Below, piece by piece: positions 1 to 15,000 of a stretch of DNA of 64,000 bases; within the stretch, counting starts at the first letter, position 1; each line of letters begins with the position of its first letter. The DNA is taken from the NCBI GenBank assembly GCA_964016885.1, contig OZ024740.1, positions 441,440,001-441,504,000 of the forward strand. The letters run 5' to 3'. The DNA is from Eledone cirrhosa. Its lineage: Eukaryota. A model generated the notes under the pieces. It was not told the origin of the DNA and did not search any database. It saw only the letters and a list, made by a program, of their open reading frames with translations. A program made the position numbers and the translations under genes.

Positions 1-3000
1 CTTACTAATGTTAGGACTACTTACTACTGTTGTGACTATTTACTACTGATGGGACTATTTACTACTGCTGGGACTATTTATTACTTTTGAGACTATTTAC
101 TGCTGCTGTGACTATTTACTACTGCTGAGACTATTTAGTACTGTTTAGACTAATTACTACTTCTGAGACTATTTACTACTGGTGAGACTATTTACTACTG
201 CTGGGACTATTTACTACTGTTGAGACTATTTACTACTGCTGGGACTATTTACTACTGTTGAGACTATTTACTACTGCTGGGACTATTTACTACTTACTAC
301 TGCTGGGACTATTTATTACTGTTGAGACTATTTATTACTGCTGGGACTATGTACTACTGTTGAGTCTATTTACTACTGTTGAGACTATTTACTACTGCTG
401 GGACTATTTACTACTGCTGGGACTATTAACTAATGTTGAGACTATTTACTACTGCTGGGACTATTTACTACTGTTGAGACTATTGACTACTGCTGGGACT
501 ATTTACTACTGTTGAGACTATTTACTACTGATGGGACCATTTAGTACTGTTGAGACTATTTCCTACTGCTGGGACTATTTACTACTATTGAGACTATTGA
601 CTACTGCTGGGACTATTTACTACTGTTGAGACTATTTACTACTGCTGGGACTATTTACTGCTTACTACTGCTTGGACTATTTACTACTGCTGAGACTATT
701 TACTACTTCTGGGACTATTTACTACTGCTGGGACTATTTACTACTGTTGAGACCATTTAGTACTGCTGGTACTATTTACTACTGCTGGGACTATTTACTA
801 CTGTTGAGATTATTTACTACTGATGGGACTATTTACTACTGTTGAGACTATTTACTACTGTTGAGACTATTTACTACTATTGAGACTATTTACTACTGCT
901 GGGACTATTTACTACTTTTGAGACTATTTACTCCTGCTGGGACTCTTTACTACTGTTGAGGCTATTTACTACTGATAGGACTATTTACTCCTGTTGAGAC
1001 TATTTACTACTGCTGGAACTATTTACTACTGGTGAGACTATTTACTACTGCTGGGAGTATTTACTACTGTTAAGACTATTTACTACTGCTGGGACTATTT
1101 ACTACTGTTGAGACTATTTACTACTGCTGTGACTATTTACTACTCTTGAGACTATTTACTACTGCTGGGACTATTTACTACTGCTGGGACTATTTACTAC
1201 TGTTGAGATTATTTACTACTGCTGGGACTATTTCCTACTGTTGAGACTAATTACTACTGTTAGGACTACTTACTAATGTTAGGACTACTTACTACTGTTG
1301 TGACTATTTACTACTGCTGGGACTATTTACTACTGCTGGGACTATTTACTACTTTTGAGACTATTTACTACTGCTGTGACTATTTACTACTTTTTAGACT
1401 ATTTACTACTGCTGAGACTATTTACTATTGTTGAGACTATTTACTACTGTTGAGGCTATTTCTACTGTTGCGACTACTTACTACTGTTGTGATTATTTAC
1501 TACTGTTAGGACTATTTACTACTGTTAGGACTATTTACTACTGTTGAGTCTATTTACTACTGTTGAGACTATTTACTACTGTTAGGATTACTTACTAATG
1601 TTAGGACTACTTACTACTGTTGTGACTATTTACTACTGATGGGACTATTTACTACTGCTGGGACTATTTACTACTTTTGAGACTATTTACTGCTGCTGTG
1701 ACTATTTACTACTGCTGAGACTATTTACTACTGTTTAGACTAATTACTACTTCTGAGACTATTTACTACTGCTGGGACTATTTACTACTGTTGAAACCAT
1801 ATAGTACTGCTGGTACTATTTACTACTGCTGGGACTATTTACTACTGTTGAGACTATTTACTACTGCTGTGACTATCTACTACTGTTGAGACTATTTACT
1901 ACTGCTGGGACTATTTACTACTGCTGGGACTATTTACTACTGTTGAGACTATTTACCACTACTGGGAATAATTACTATTGTTGAGTCTATTTACTACTGC
2001 TGGGACTACTTACTATTGTTGTGACTATGTACTACTACTAGGAATATTTACTATTGTTGAGACTATTTACTACTGCTGGGACTATTTACTACTGCTGGGA
2101 CTACTTACTACTACTATTTACTACTGTATGGACTACTTACTACTGTTGTGACTATTTACTACTGTTAGGACTATTTACTACTCTTAGGACTATTTACTAC
2201 GGCAGGGACTATTTACTACGGTTGAGACTTTTTCCTACTGCTGGGACTATTTACTACTGTTAGGACTACTTACTACTGTTGTGACTATTTACTACTGCTG
2301 GGACTATTTACTACTGTTGAGACTATTTACTACTGGTGAGACTATTTACTAATGCTGGGACTATTTACTACTGCTGTGACTATTTACTACTGTTGAGACT
2401 ATTTACTACTGGTGAGACTATTTACTACTGCTGGGACTATTTACTACTGTTGAGACTATTTACTACTGCTGGGACTATTTACTACTGTTGAGACTATTTA
2501 CTACTGCTGGGACTATTTACTACTTACTACTGCTGGGACTATTTACTACTGTTGAGACTATTTATTACTGCTGGGACTATGTACTACTGTTGAGTCTATT
2601 TACTACTGTTGAGACTATTTACTACTGCTGGGACTATTTACTACTGCTGGGACTATTAACTAATGTTGAGACTATTTACTACTGCTGGGACTATTTACTA
2701 CTGTTGAGACTATTGACTACTGCTGGGACTATTTACTACTGTTGAGACTATTTACTACTGATGGGACCATTTAGTACTGTTGAGACTATTTACTACTGCT
2801 GGGACTATTTACTACTATTGAGACTATTGACTACTGCTGGGACTATTTACTACTGTTGAGACTATTTACTACTGCTGGGACTATTTACTAATGCTGTGAC
2901 TATTTACTACTGTTGAGACTATTTACTACTGTTACGACTATTTACTACTGTTGAGACTATTGACTACCGCTGGGACTATTTACTACTGTTGAGACTATTT

Positions 3001-6000
3001 ACTACTGCTGGGACTATTTACTACTGCTGTGACTATTTACTACTGTTGAGACTATTTACTACTACTGGGACTATTTACTAATGTTGAGATTATTTACCAC
3101 TGCTGGGTCTATTTAATACTGTTCAGACTATTTACTACTTCTGGGACTAGTTACTATTTTAACAGGGTTGATGATTGAAGGTCGTTAGTTGCCAGTGTGG
3201 TAAGTGATAGTATCCTCGTTGGATTATCTTGTCGACATAGACGTGAGGGAAGGTCCCTCGATCTATTTACCATCTTTGTATTTACAACATTCCTTTCGTC
3301 AGGTCGCCAATTCTAGCAGCATGGATTATAGATGTTATTGAGACACGAGTAACATAAATATGATTTCAACAGCAGAAACTAGAGATGAAATGCATGTTTA
3401 TTTTTCATGTAGCACAAACAATGTTTGTTAACTTATATGGTTGAAATTACAGATAAGAAGAGGTTACAAAAGGGAATGTGCCATTGCGCCGTTAAGCCGG
3501 CGAGGCTAGGGTGCAAATCTCACCGTTACATTATGCGTGTTGCTGGCTTGAATTTTCCGGGACAAGAGAGAGATTTTTCAAATCTTCGCGGGGAATTTCT
3601 TCCTCATGCGCGTAGGTATACATCCTCTTCTACTGGCGCTGATTGGCTGAACTGAGCCAAATTACGCATAGAGAATGTAAGTTAGCCCCGCGGAATGTAG
3701 GTCACTACACTACTGTTGAGACTATTTACTACTGATGGGACTATTTACTACTTACTACTGCTGGGACTATTTACTACTGTTGAGACTATTTACTACTGCT
3801 GGGACTATTTACTACTGTTGAGACTATTTACTACTGCTGGAACTATTTACTACTTGCTACCGCTGGGACCATTTACTACTGTTTGGACTATTTGCTACTA
3901 TTGAGACTATTTAATACTGCTGGGACTATTTACTACTGTTGAGACTATTTACTACTGCTGGGACTATTTACTACTGTTGAGACTATTTACTACTGATGGG
4001 ACTCTTTACTACTGTTGAGACTATTTACTACTGCTTGGACTATTTACTACTGTTGAGACTATTTACTACTGCTGGAACTATTTACTACTTACTACCGCTG
4101 GGACCATTTACTACTGTTGAGACTATTTACTACTGCTGGGACTATTTACTGCTTACTACTGCTGGGACTATTTACTACTGCTGAGACTATTTACTACTGC
4201 TGGGACTATTAACTACTGTTGATACTATTTACTACTGCTGGGACTATTTACTACTGTTGAGTCTATTTACTACTGTGGGACTATTTACTATTGCTGGGAC
4301 TATTAACTACTGTTGAGACTATCTACTACTGTTGGGACTATTTACTACTGTTGAGACTATTTACTACTGCTGGGACTATTTACTACTGTGGAGACTATTT
4401 ACTACCTCTGGGACTATTTACTACTGTTGAGACTATTTACTACTGCTGGGACTATTTACTGCTTACTACTGCTGTGACTATTTACTGCTGCTGAGACTAT
4501 TTACTACTGCTGGGACTATTTACTGCTGTTGAGATTATTTAATACTGATGGGACTATTTACTACTGTTAAGACTATTTACTACTGTTGGGACTATTTACT
4601 ACTATTGAGACTATTTACTACTGCTGGGACTATTTACTACTGTTGAGACTATTTACTACTGCTGGGACTATTTACTACTGTTAAGACTATTTACTACTGC
4701 TGGAACTATTTACTACTGTTGAGACTATTTACTACAGCTGGGACTATTTACTACTGGTGAGACCATTTACTACTGCTGGGAGTATTCACTACTGCTGGGA
4801 TTATGTACTACTGTTAGTACAACTTACTAATGTTGTGGCTATGTACTACAACTGGGACTATTTACTACTGTTGAGACTATTTACTACCGTTAGGACTACT
4901 TACTACTGTTAGGACTACTTACTACTACTATTTACAACGTTTAGGACTACTTACTACTGTTGTGACTATTTACTACTGTTGAGACTATTTACTACTGCTG
5001 GGACTATTTACTATTTTTGAGACTATTTACTACTGCTGGAACTATTTACTACTTTTTAGACTCTTTACTACTGCTGAGACCATTTAGTACTGCTGGTACT
5101 ATTTACTACTGTTGAGATTATTTACTACTGCTGGGACAATTTACTACTGTTGTGACAATTTACAACTGTTAGGACTATTTACTACTGTTAGGACTATTTA
5201 CTACTGCTGGGACTATTTACTTCTGTCGAGACTATTTACTACTCCTGGGACTATTTACTAGTGCTGGGACTATTTACTACAGCTGGGACTATTTACTACT
5301 GTTAGGACTATTTACTACTGTTGAGAGTATTGACTACTGCTGGGACTATTTACTACTGTTGTGACTATTTATTACTGCTCGGTCTATGTACTACTACTGG
5401 TACTATTTATTACTGTGAGGATTACTTGCTACTGTTAGGACTGTTTACTACTACTATTTACTACTGATGCGATTATTTATTTCTGATAGGACTACTTACT
5501 ACTGTTGACACTATTCACTACTGCTGGGACTATTTACTACTGTTGAGACTATTTAATATTGCTGGGACTATTTAATATTGCTGGGACTATTTACTACTGT
5601 TGAGACTATTTATTACTGATGGGACTATTTACTACTGTTCAGACTATTTACTACTGCTGGGACTATTTACTACTGTTGAGACTATTTACTAGTGCTGGGA
5701 TTATTTACTATTGTTGTCACTATGTACTACTACTGGGAATATTTACTATTGTTGAGACTATTTACTACTGCTGGGACTATTTACTACTTAATACTGCTGG
5801 GACTATTTACTACTGTTGAGATTATTTACTACTGCTGGGTCTATTTACTACTGTTGAGACTATTTACTACTGCTGGGACTAGTTACTACTGTTGAGACTA
5901 TTTAATACTGCTGGGACTACTTACTATTGTTGTGACTATTTACTACTGCTGGGACTATTTACTACTTAATACTGCTGGGACTATTTACTACTGTTGAGAT

Positions 6001-9000
6001 TATTTACTACTGCTGTGTCTATTTACTACTGTTGTGACTATTTACTACTGTTGTGTCTATTTACTACTGCTGGGACTATTTACTATTGCTGGGACTATTA
6101 ACTAATGTTGAGACTCTTTACTACTGCTGGGACTATTTACTACTGTTGAGTCTATTTACTACTGCTGGGACTATTTACTATTGCTGGGACTGTTTAGTAC
6201 TGCTGGGACTACTTACTATTGTTGTGACTATTTACTACTGCTGGGACTATTTACTACTTAATACTGTTGGGACTATTTACTACTGTTGTGACTATTTACT
6301 ACTGTTGAGTCTATTTACTACTGCTGGGACAATTTACTATTGCTGGGACTATTAACTACTGTTGAGACTCTTTACTACTGCTGGGACTATTTACTACTGT
6401 TGAGTCTATTTACTACTGCTGGGACTATTTACTATTGTTGGGACTGTTTACTACTGCTGGGACTATTTACTTCTGTTGAGAATATTTACTACTGCTGGGA
6501 CTATTTACTACTGTTGAGACTATTTACTGCTGCTGGGACTATCTACTACTGTTGAAACTATTTACTACCACTGGGACTATTTACGACTGTTGAGACTATT
6601 TACTACTGCTGGGACTATTTACTACTGTTGGGACTATTTACTACTGTTGTGATTATTTACTACTGTTGGGACTCTTTACTACTGTTGAGACTATTTACTA
6701 CTGTTGAGACTATTTACTACTGTTGAGACTATTTACTACTGCTTGGACTATTTACTACTGTTGAGACTATTTACTACTGCTAGAACTATTTACTACTGTT
6801 GAGACTATTTACTGCTACTGGGACTATTTACTACTGTTGAGACTATTTACTACTGCTGGAACTATTTACTACTGTTGAGACCATTTAATGCTGCTGGGAC
6901 TATTTACTACTGTTGAGACTATTTACTACTGCTGGAACTATTTACTACTGTTGAGACTATTTACTGCTGCTGGGACTATTTACTACTGGTGAGACTATTT
7001 ACTATTGCTGGAACTATTTACTACTGCTGGGACTATTTACTACGGTTGAGACTATTTACTACTGTTGGGATTATGTACTACTGTTAGGACTAATTACTAC
7101 TGTTGTGGCTATGTACTACTACTGGGACTATTTACTACTGTTGAGATTGTTTACTACTGTCAGGACTACTTACTACTGTTAGGACTACTTACTACAACTA
7201 TTTACAACGTTTCGGACTACCTACTGCTGTTGTGACTATTTACTACTGTTGAGACTATTTACTACTGCTGGGACTATTTACTATTTTTGAGAGTATTTAC
7301 TACTGCTGTGACTATTTACTACTTTTTAGACTATTTACTGCTGCTGAGACTATTTACTACTGTTGAGACTATTTACTACTGCTGGGACTATTTACTACTG
7401 CTGGGACTATTTACTACTGTTGAGACCATTTACTACTGCTGGAACTATTTACTACTGTTGAGACTATTTACTACTGCTGAGACTATTTACTACTGTTGAG
7501 ATTATTTACTAATGCTGGGCCAATTTACTATTTTTGAGACTATTTACTACTGCTGGGACTATTTACTGCTTACTACTGCTGGGACTATTTACTACTGTTG
7601 AGAATATTTACTACTGCTGTGACTATTCATTACTGTTGAGACTATTTACTACTGATGGGACTCTTTACTACTGTTGAGACTATTTACTACTGCTTGGACT
7701 ATTTACTACTGTTGAGACTATTTACTACTGCTGGAACTATTTACTACTGTTGAGACTATTTACTGCGGCTGGGACTATTTACTACTGGTGAGACTATTTA
7801 CTACTGCTGGGAGTATTTACTACTGTTGAGACTATTTACTACTTCTGTGACTATTTACTACTCTTGTGACTATTTACTAATGCTGGGACTATTTACTACT
7901 GCTGGGACTATTTACTACGGTTGAGACTATTTACTACTGCTGGGATTATGTACTGCTGTTAGGACTACTTACTACTGTTGTGGCTACGTACTACTACTAC
8001 CACTATTTACTACTGTTGAGACTATTTACTACTGCTGGGACTATTTACTATTTTTGAGACTATTTACTACTGCTGTGACTATTTACTACTTTTTAGACTA
8101 TTTACTACTGTTGAGACTATTTACTACTGTTGAGACCATTTAGTACTGCTGGTACTATTTACTACTGTTGAGATTATTTACTACTGCTGGGACTATTTAC
8201 TGCTTACTACTGCTGGGACTATTTACTACTGCTGAGACTATTTACTACTGCTGGGACTATTTACTACTGTTGAGATGATTTACTACTGATGGGACTATTT
8301 ACTACTGTTGAGACTTTTTACTACTGTTGAGACTATTTACTACTGCTGGGACTATTTACTACTGTTGAGACAATTTACTACTGCTGGGACTATTTACTAC
8401 TGTTGAGACTATTTACTACTGATGGGACTCTTTTCTACTGTTGAGACTATTTACTACTGCTTCGACTATTTACTACAGTTGAGACTATTTACTACTGCTG
8501 GAACTATTTACTACTGTTGAAACTATTTACTACTGCTGTGACAATTTACTACTCTTGAGACTATTTACTACTGCTGGGACTATTTACTACTGTTGAGACT
8601 ATTTACTACTGCTGGGACTATTTACTACTGCTGGGACTATTTACTACTGTTGAGACCATTTACTACTGCTTGTACTATTTACTACTGCTGGGACTATTTA
8701 CTACTGTTGAGACTATTTACTACTGCTGTGACTATCTACTACTGTTAGGACTACTTACTACTGTTGTGGCTATGTAATACTACTGGGATTATTTACTACT
8801 GTTGAGACTATTTACTACTGTTAGGACTACTTACTACTGTTAGGACTACTGACTACTGTGGTGACTATTTACTACTGTTGAGACTATTTACTACTGCTGG
8901 GACTATTTACTACTTTTGAGACTATTTACTATTGCTGTGACTATTTACTCCTTTTTAGACTATTTACTACTGCTGAGACTATTTACTACTGTTGAGACTA

Positions 9001-12000
9001 TTTACTACCGCTGGGACTATTTACTACTGCTGGGACTATTTACTACTGTTGAGACTATTTACTACTACTGGGAATATTTACTATTGTTGAGACTATTTAC
9101 TACTACTGGGAATATTTACTATTGTTGAGACTATTTACTACTGCTGGGACTATTTACTACTGCTGGGATTACTTACTACTACTATTTACTACTGTTAGGA
9201 CTATTTACTACTGTAAAGACTATTTACTACTGCTGGGACTATTTACTACGGTTGAGACTTTTTCCTATTGCTGGGACTATTTACTACTGTTAGGACTACT
9301 TACTACTGTTGTGACTATTTACTACTGCTGAGACTATTTACTACTGTTGAGACTATTTACTACTGCTGGGACTATTTACTACTGCTGGGGCTATTTACTA
9401 CTGTTGAGACCATTTAGTACTGCTGGTACTATTTACTACTGCTGGGACTATTTACTACTGTTGAGACTATTTACTACTGCTGGGACTATTTACTACTGCT
9501 GGGACTATTTACTACTGTTGAGACTATTTACTACTACTGGGAATATTTACTATTGTTGAGACTATTTACTACTACTGGGAATATTTACTATTGTTGAGAC
9601 TATTTACTACTACTGGGAATATTTACTATTGTTGAGACTATTTACTACTGCTGGGACTATTTACTACTGCTGGGATTACTTACTACTACTATTTACTACT
9701 GTTAGGACTATTTACTACTGTAAGGACTATTTACTACTGCTGGGACTATTTACTACGGTTGAGACTTTTTCCTATTGCGGGGACTATTTACTACTGTTAG
9801 GACTACTTACTACTGTTGTGACTATTTACTACTGCTGGGACTATTTACTACTGTTGAGACTATTTACTACTGCTGGGACTAGTTACTACTGCCGGGACTA
9901 TTTACTACTGTTGAGACTATTTACTACTACTGGGAATATTTACTATTGTTGAGACTATTTACTACTACTGGGAATATTTACTATTGTTGAGACTATTTAC
10001 TACTACTGGGAATATTTACTATTGTTGAGACTATTTACTACTGCTGGGACTATTTACTACTGCTGGGACTATTACTACGGTTGAGACTTTTTCCTATTGC
10101 TGGGACTATTTACTACTGTTAGGACTACTTACTACTGTTGTGACTATTTACTACTGCTGGGACTATTTACTACTGTTGAGACTATTTACTATTGCTGGGA
10201 CTATTTACTACTGCTGTGACTATTTACTAGTGTTGAGAATATTTACTACTGGAGAGACTATTTACTACTGCTGGGACTATTTACTACTGTTGAAACTATT
10301 TACTACTGATGGGACTATTTACTACTGTTGAGACTATTTACTACTGCTGGGACTATTTACTACTGTTGAGACTATTTACTACTGCTGGGACTATTTACTA
10401 CTTACTACTGCTGGGACTATTTACTACTGTTGAGACTATTTACTACTGCTGGGACTATTTAGTACTGTTGAGTCTATTTACTACTGTTGAGACTATTTAC
10501 TACTGTTGGGACTATTTACTTCTGCTGGGACTATTTACTACTATTGAAACTATTGACTACTGCTGGGACTATTTACTACTGTTGAGACTATTGACTACTG
10601 ATCGGACTATTTACTACTTTTGAGACTATTGACTACTGCTAGGACTATTTACTACTGCTGGGACTCTTAACTACTGTTGAGACTATTTACTACTACTGGG
10701 ACTATTTACTACTGTTGAGACTATTGACTACTGCTTGGGACTATTTACTACTGTTGAGACTATTTACTACTGCTGGGACTATTTACTAATACTGTGACTA
10801 TTTACTACTGTTGAGACTATTTACTACTGTTACGACTATTTACTACTGTTGAGACTATTGACTACTGCTGGGACTATTTACTACTGTTGAGACTATTTAC
10901 TACTGCTGGGACTATTTACTACTGCTGTGACTATTTACTACTGTTGAGACTATTTACTACTACTGGGACTATTTACTACTGTTGAGATTATTTACCACTG
11001 CCGGGTCTATTTACTACTGTTGAGACTATTTACTACTGCTGGGAATATTTATTATTGTTGACACTATTTACTACTGCTGGGACTACTTACTATTGTTGTG
11101 ACTATGTACTACTACTATGAATATTTAGTATCGTTGAGACTATTTACTACTGCTGGGACTATTTACTACTGCTGGGACTACTTACTACTACTATTTACTA
11201 CTGTATGGACTACTTACTACTGTTGTGACTATTTACTACTGTTAGGACTACTTACTACTGTTGTGACTATTTACTACTGCTGGGACTATTTACTACTGTT
11301 GAGACTATTTACTATTGCTGGGACTATTTACTACTGCTGTGACTATTTACTACTGTTGAGACTATTTACTACTGGTGAGACTATTTACTACTGCTGGGAC
11401 TATTTACTACGGTTGAGACTATTTACTACTGATGGGACTATTTACTACTGTTGAGACTATTTACTACTGCTGGGACTATTTACTACTGTTGAGACTATTT
11501 ACTACTGCTGGGACTATTTACTACTTACTACTGCTGGGACTATTTACTACTGTTGAGATTATTTACTTCTGCTAGGACTATTTACTACTGTTGAGTCTAT
11601 TTACTACTGTTGAGACTATTTACTACTGCTGGGACTATTTACTACTGCTGGGACTATTAACTACTGTTGAGACTATTTACTACTGCTTGGACTATTTACT
11701 ACTGCTGGAACTATTTACTACTTACTAATGCTGGGACTATTTACTACTGTTGAGACTATTTACTACTGCTGGGACTATTTACTACTGCTGGGACTATTAA
11801 CTACTGTTGAGACTATTTACTACTGCTTGGACTATTTACTACTGCTGGAACTATTTACTACTTACTAATGCTGGGACTATTTACTACTGTTGAGACTATT
11901 TACTACTGCTGGGACTATTTACTACTTACTACTGCTGGGACTATTTACTACTGTTGAGACTATTTACTATTGCTGGGACTATTAACTACTGTTGAGACTA

Positions 12001-15000
12001 TTTACTACTGCTGGGACTATTTACTACTGTTGAGTCTATTTACTACTGTGGGACTATTTACTACTTCTGGGACTATTTACTACTGTTGAGACTATTTACT
12101 ACTGCTGGGACTATTTACTACTGATGAGACTATTTACTATTGATGGGACTCTTTACTACTGTTGAGACTAATTACTACTGCTTGGACTATTTACTACTGT
12201 TGAGACTATTTACTACTGCTGGAACTATTTACTACTGTTGAGACTATTTACTACAGCTGGGACTATTTACTACTGGTGAGACTATTTACTACAGCTGGGA
12301 CTATTTACTACTGGTGAGACTATTTACTACTGCTGGGATTATGTACTACTGTTAGGACTACTTACTACTGTTAGGACTATTTACTACTGTTGAGACTATT
12401 TACTACTGCTGGGACTATTTACTATTTTTGAGACTATTTACTACTGCTGTGACTATTTACTACTTTTTAGACTATTTACTACTGCTGAGACTATTTACTA
12501 ATGTTGAGACTATTTACTACTGCTGGGACTATTTACTACTGCTGGGACTATTTACAACTGTTAGGACTATTTACTACTGTTAGGACTATTTACTACTGCT
12601 GGGACTATTTACTACTGTTAGGACTACTTACTATTGTTGAGACTATTTACTACTGCTGGGACTATTTACTACTGTTAGGACTATTTACTGCTGTTGTGAC
12701 TATTGACTACTGCTGGGACTATTTACTGCTGTTGAAACTATTTACTACTGCTCGGACTATGTACTACTACTGTGACTATTTATTACTGTGAGGATTACTT
12801 GCTACTGTTAGGACTGTTTACTACTTCTAATTACTACTGCTGCGATTATTTACTTCTGATAGGACTACTTACTACTTTTGACACTATTTACTACTGCTGG
12901 GACTATTTACTACTGTTGAGACTATTTAATATTGCTGGGACTATTTACTACTGTTGAGACTATTTACTACTGCTGGGACTATTTACTACTGCTGTGACTA
13001 TTTACTACTGTTGAGACTATTTACTACTGGTGAGACTATTTACTACTGCTGGGTCTATTTACTACTGTTGAAACTACTTACTACTACTGGGACTATTTAC
13101 TACTGTTGAGACTATTTACTACTGCTGGGACTATTTACTACCGTTGAGACTATTTACTACTGCTGGGACTATTTACTACTGTAGTGACTATTTACTACTG
13201 CTGGGTCTATTTACTACTTACTATTGCTGGGACTAGTTACTACTGTTGAGACTATTTACTACTGCTGGGACTATTTACTACTTTTGAGACTATTTACTGC
13301 TGCTGGGACTATATACTACTGTTGAGACTATTTACTACTGTTGAAACTATTTACTACTCCTGGGACTATTTACTAGTTACTACTGCTGGGATTATGTACT
13401 ACTGTTAGGACTACTTACTACTGTTGTGGCTATGTACTACTACTGGGACTATTTACTACTGTTGAGACTATTTACTACTGTTAGGACTACTTACTACTGT
13501 TAGGACTATTTACTACTACTATTTACAACGTTTAGGACTACTTACTACTGTTGTGACTATTTACTACTGTTGAGACTATTTACTACTGCTGGGACTATTT
13601 ACTATTTCTGAGACTATTTACTACTGCTGTGACTATTTACTACTTTTTAGACTATTTACTACTGCTGAGACTATTTACTACTGTTGAGACTATTTAATAC
13701 TACTGGGACTATTTACCACTGCTGGGACTATTTACTACTGTTGAGACTATTTACTACTAATGGGACTATTTACTACTGCTGGACTATTTGCTACTGTTGT
13801 GATTATTTACTACTGTTGAGACTATTTACTATTCCTGGGACTATTTACTACTGTTGAGACTATTTACTTCTGCTAGGACTATTTAGTACTATTGTGACTA
13901 TTTACTACTGCTGTAACTATTTACTAGTGTTGAGACTATTTACTACTGCTGGGACTATTTACTACTGCTGGGACTATTTACTACTGTTGATACTATTTAC
14001 TACTGCTGGGACTATTTACTACTATTTAGAGTATTTACTACTGTTGGGACTATTTACTACTTACTACTATTGGGACTATTTACTACAGTTACAAGTATTT
14101 ATTACTGTTAGGACTATTTACTACTGTTAGGACTATTTACTACTTACTACTGTTGGGACTATTTACTACTGCTGGGACTATTTAATACTGCTGGGACTAT
14201 TTACTACTGTTGAGACTATTTACTACTCCTGGGTCTATTTATTACTGTTGAGACTATTTACTACTGTTGAGACTATTTCTACTGTTGCGACTATTTACTA
14301 CTGTTGGGTCGATTTACCACTGCTGGGACTATTTACTACTGCTGGGACTATTTACTACTGCTGGGACTATTTACTACTGCTGGACTATTTGCTACTGTTG
14401 TGACTATTTACTACTGTTGAGACTATTTACTTCTGCTAGGACTATTTAGTACTGTTGAGACTATTTACTACTGCTGTGACTATTTACTACTGTTAGGACT
14501 ATTTACTACTTACTACTGTTGGGACTATTTACTACTGCTGGGACTATTTCTACTGTTGAGACTATTTCTACTGTTGCGACTATTTACTACTGCTGGGACT
14601 ATTTAATACTGCTGGGACTATTTACTACTGTTGAGACTATTTACTACTGCTGGGTCTATTTATTACTGTTGAGACTATTTACTACTGTTGAGACTATTTC
14701 TACTGTTGCGACTATTTACTACTGCTGGGACTATTTAATACTGCTGGGACTATTTACTACTGTTGAGACTATTTACTACTGTTGAGACTATTTACTACTG
14801 CTGGGTCTATTTACCTCTGCTGGGACTATTTACTACTGCTGGGACTATTTACTACTCCTGGGACTATTTACTACTGCTGGGACTATTGACTACTGTTTAG
14901 AGTATTTACTACTGTTAGCACTACTTACTACTACTATTTACTATTGCTAGGACTACTTACATCTTTTGTGACTATTTACTACTGCTATGACTATTTACTA

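Noticed and set aside
3425-3655. 76-aa ORF in the insert
   Set aside because: It has a TTG start, no recognisable motif, and lies antisense within the putative LTR.
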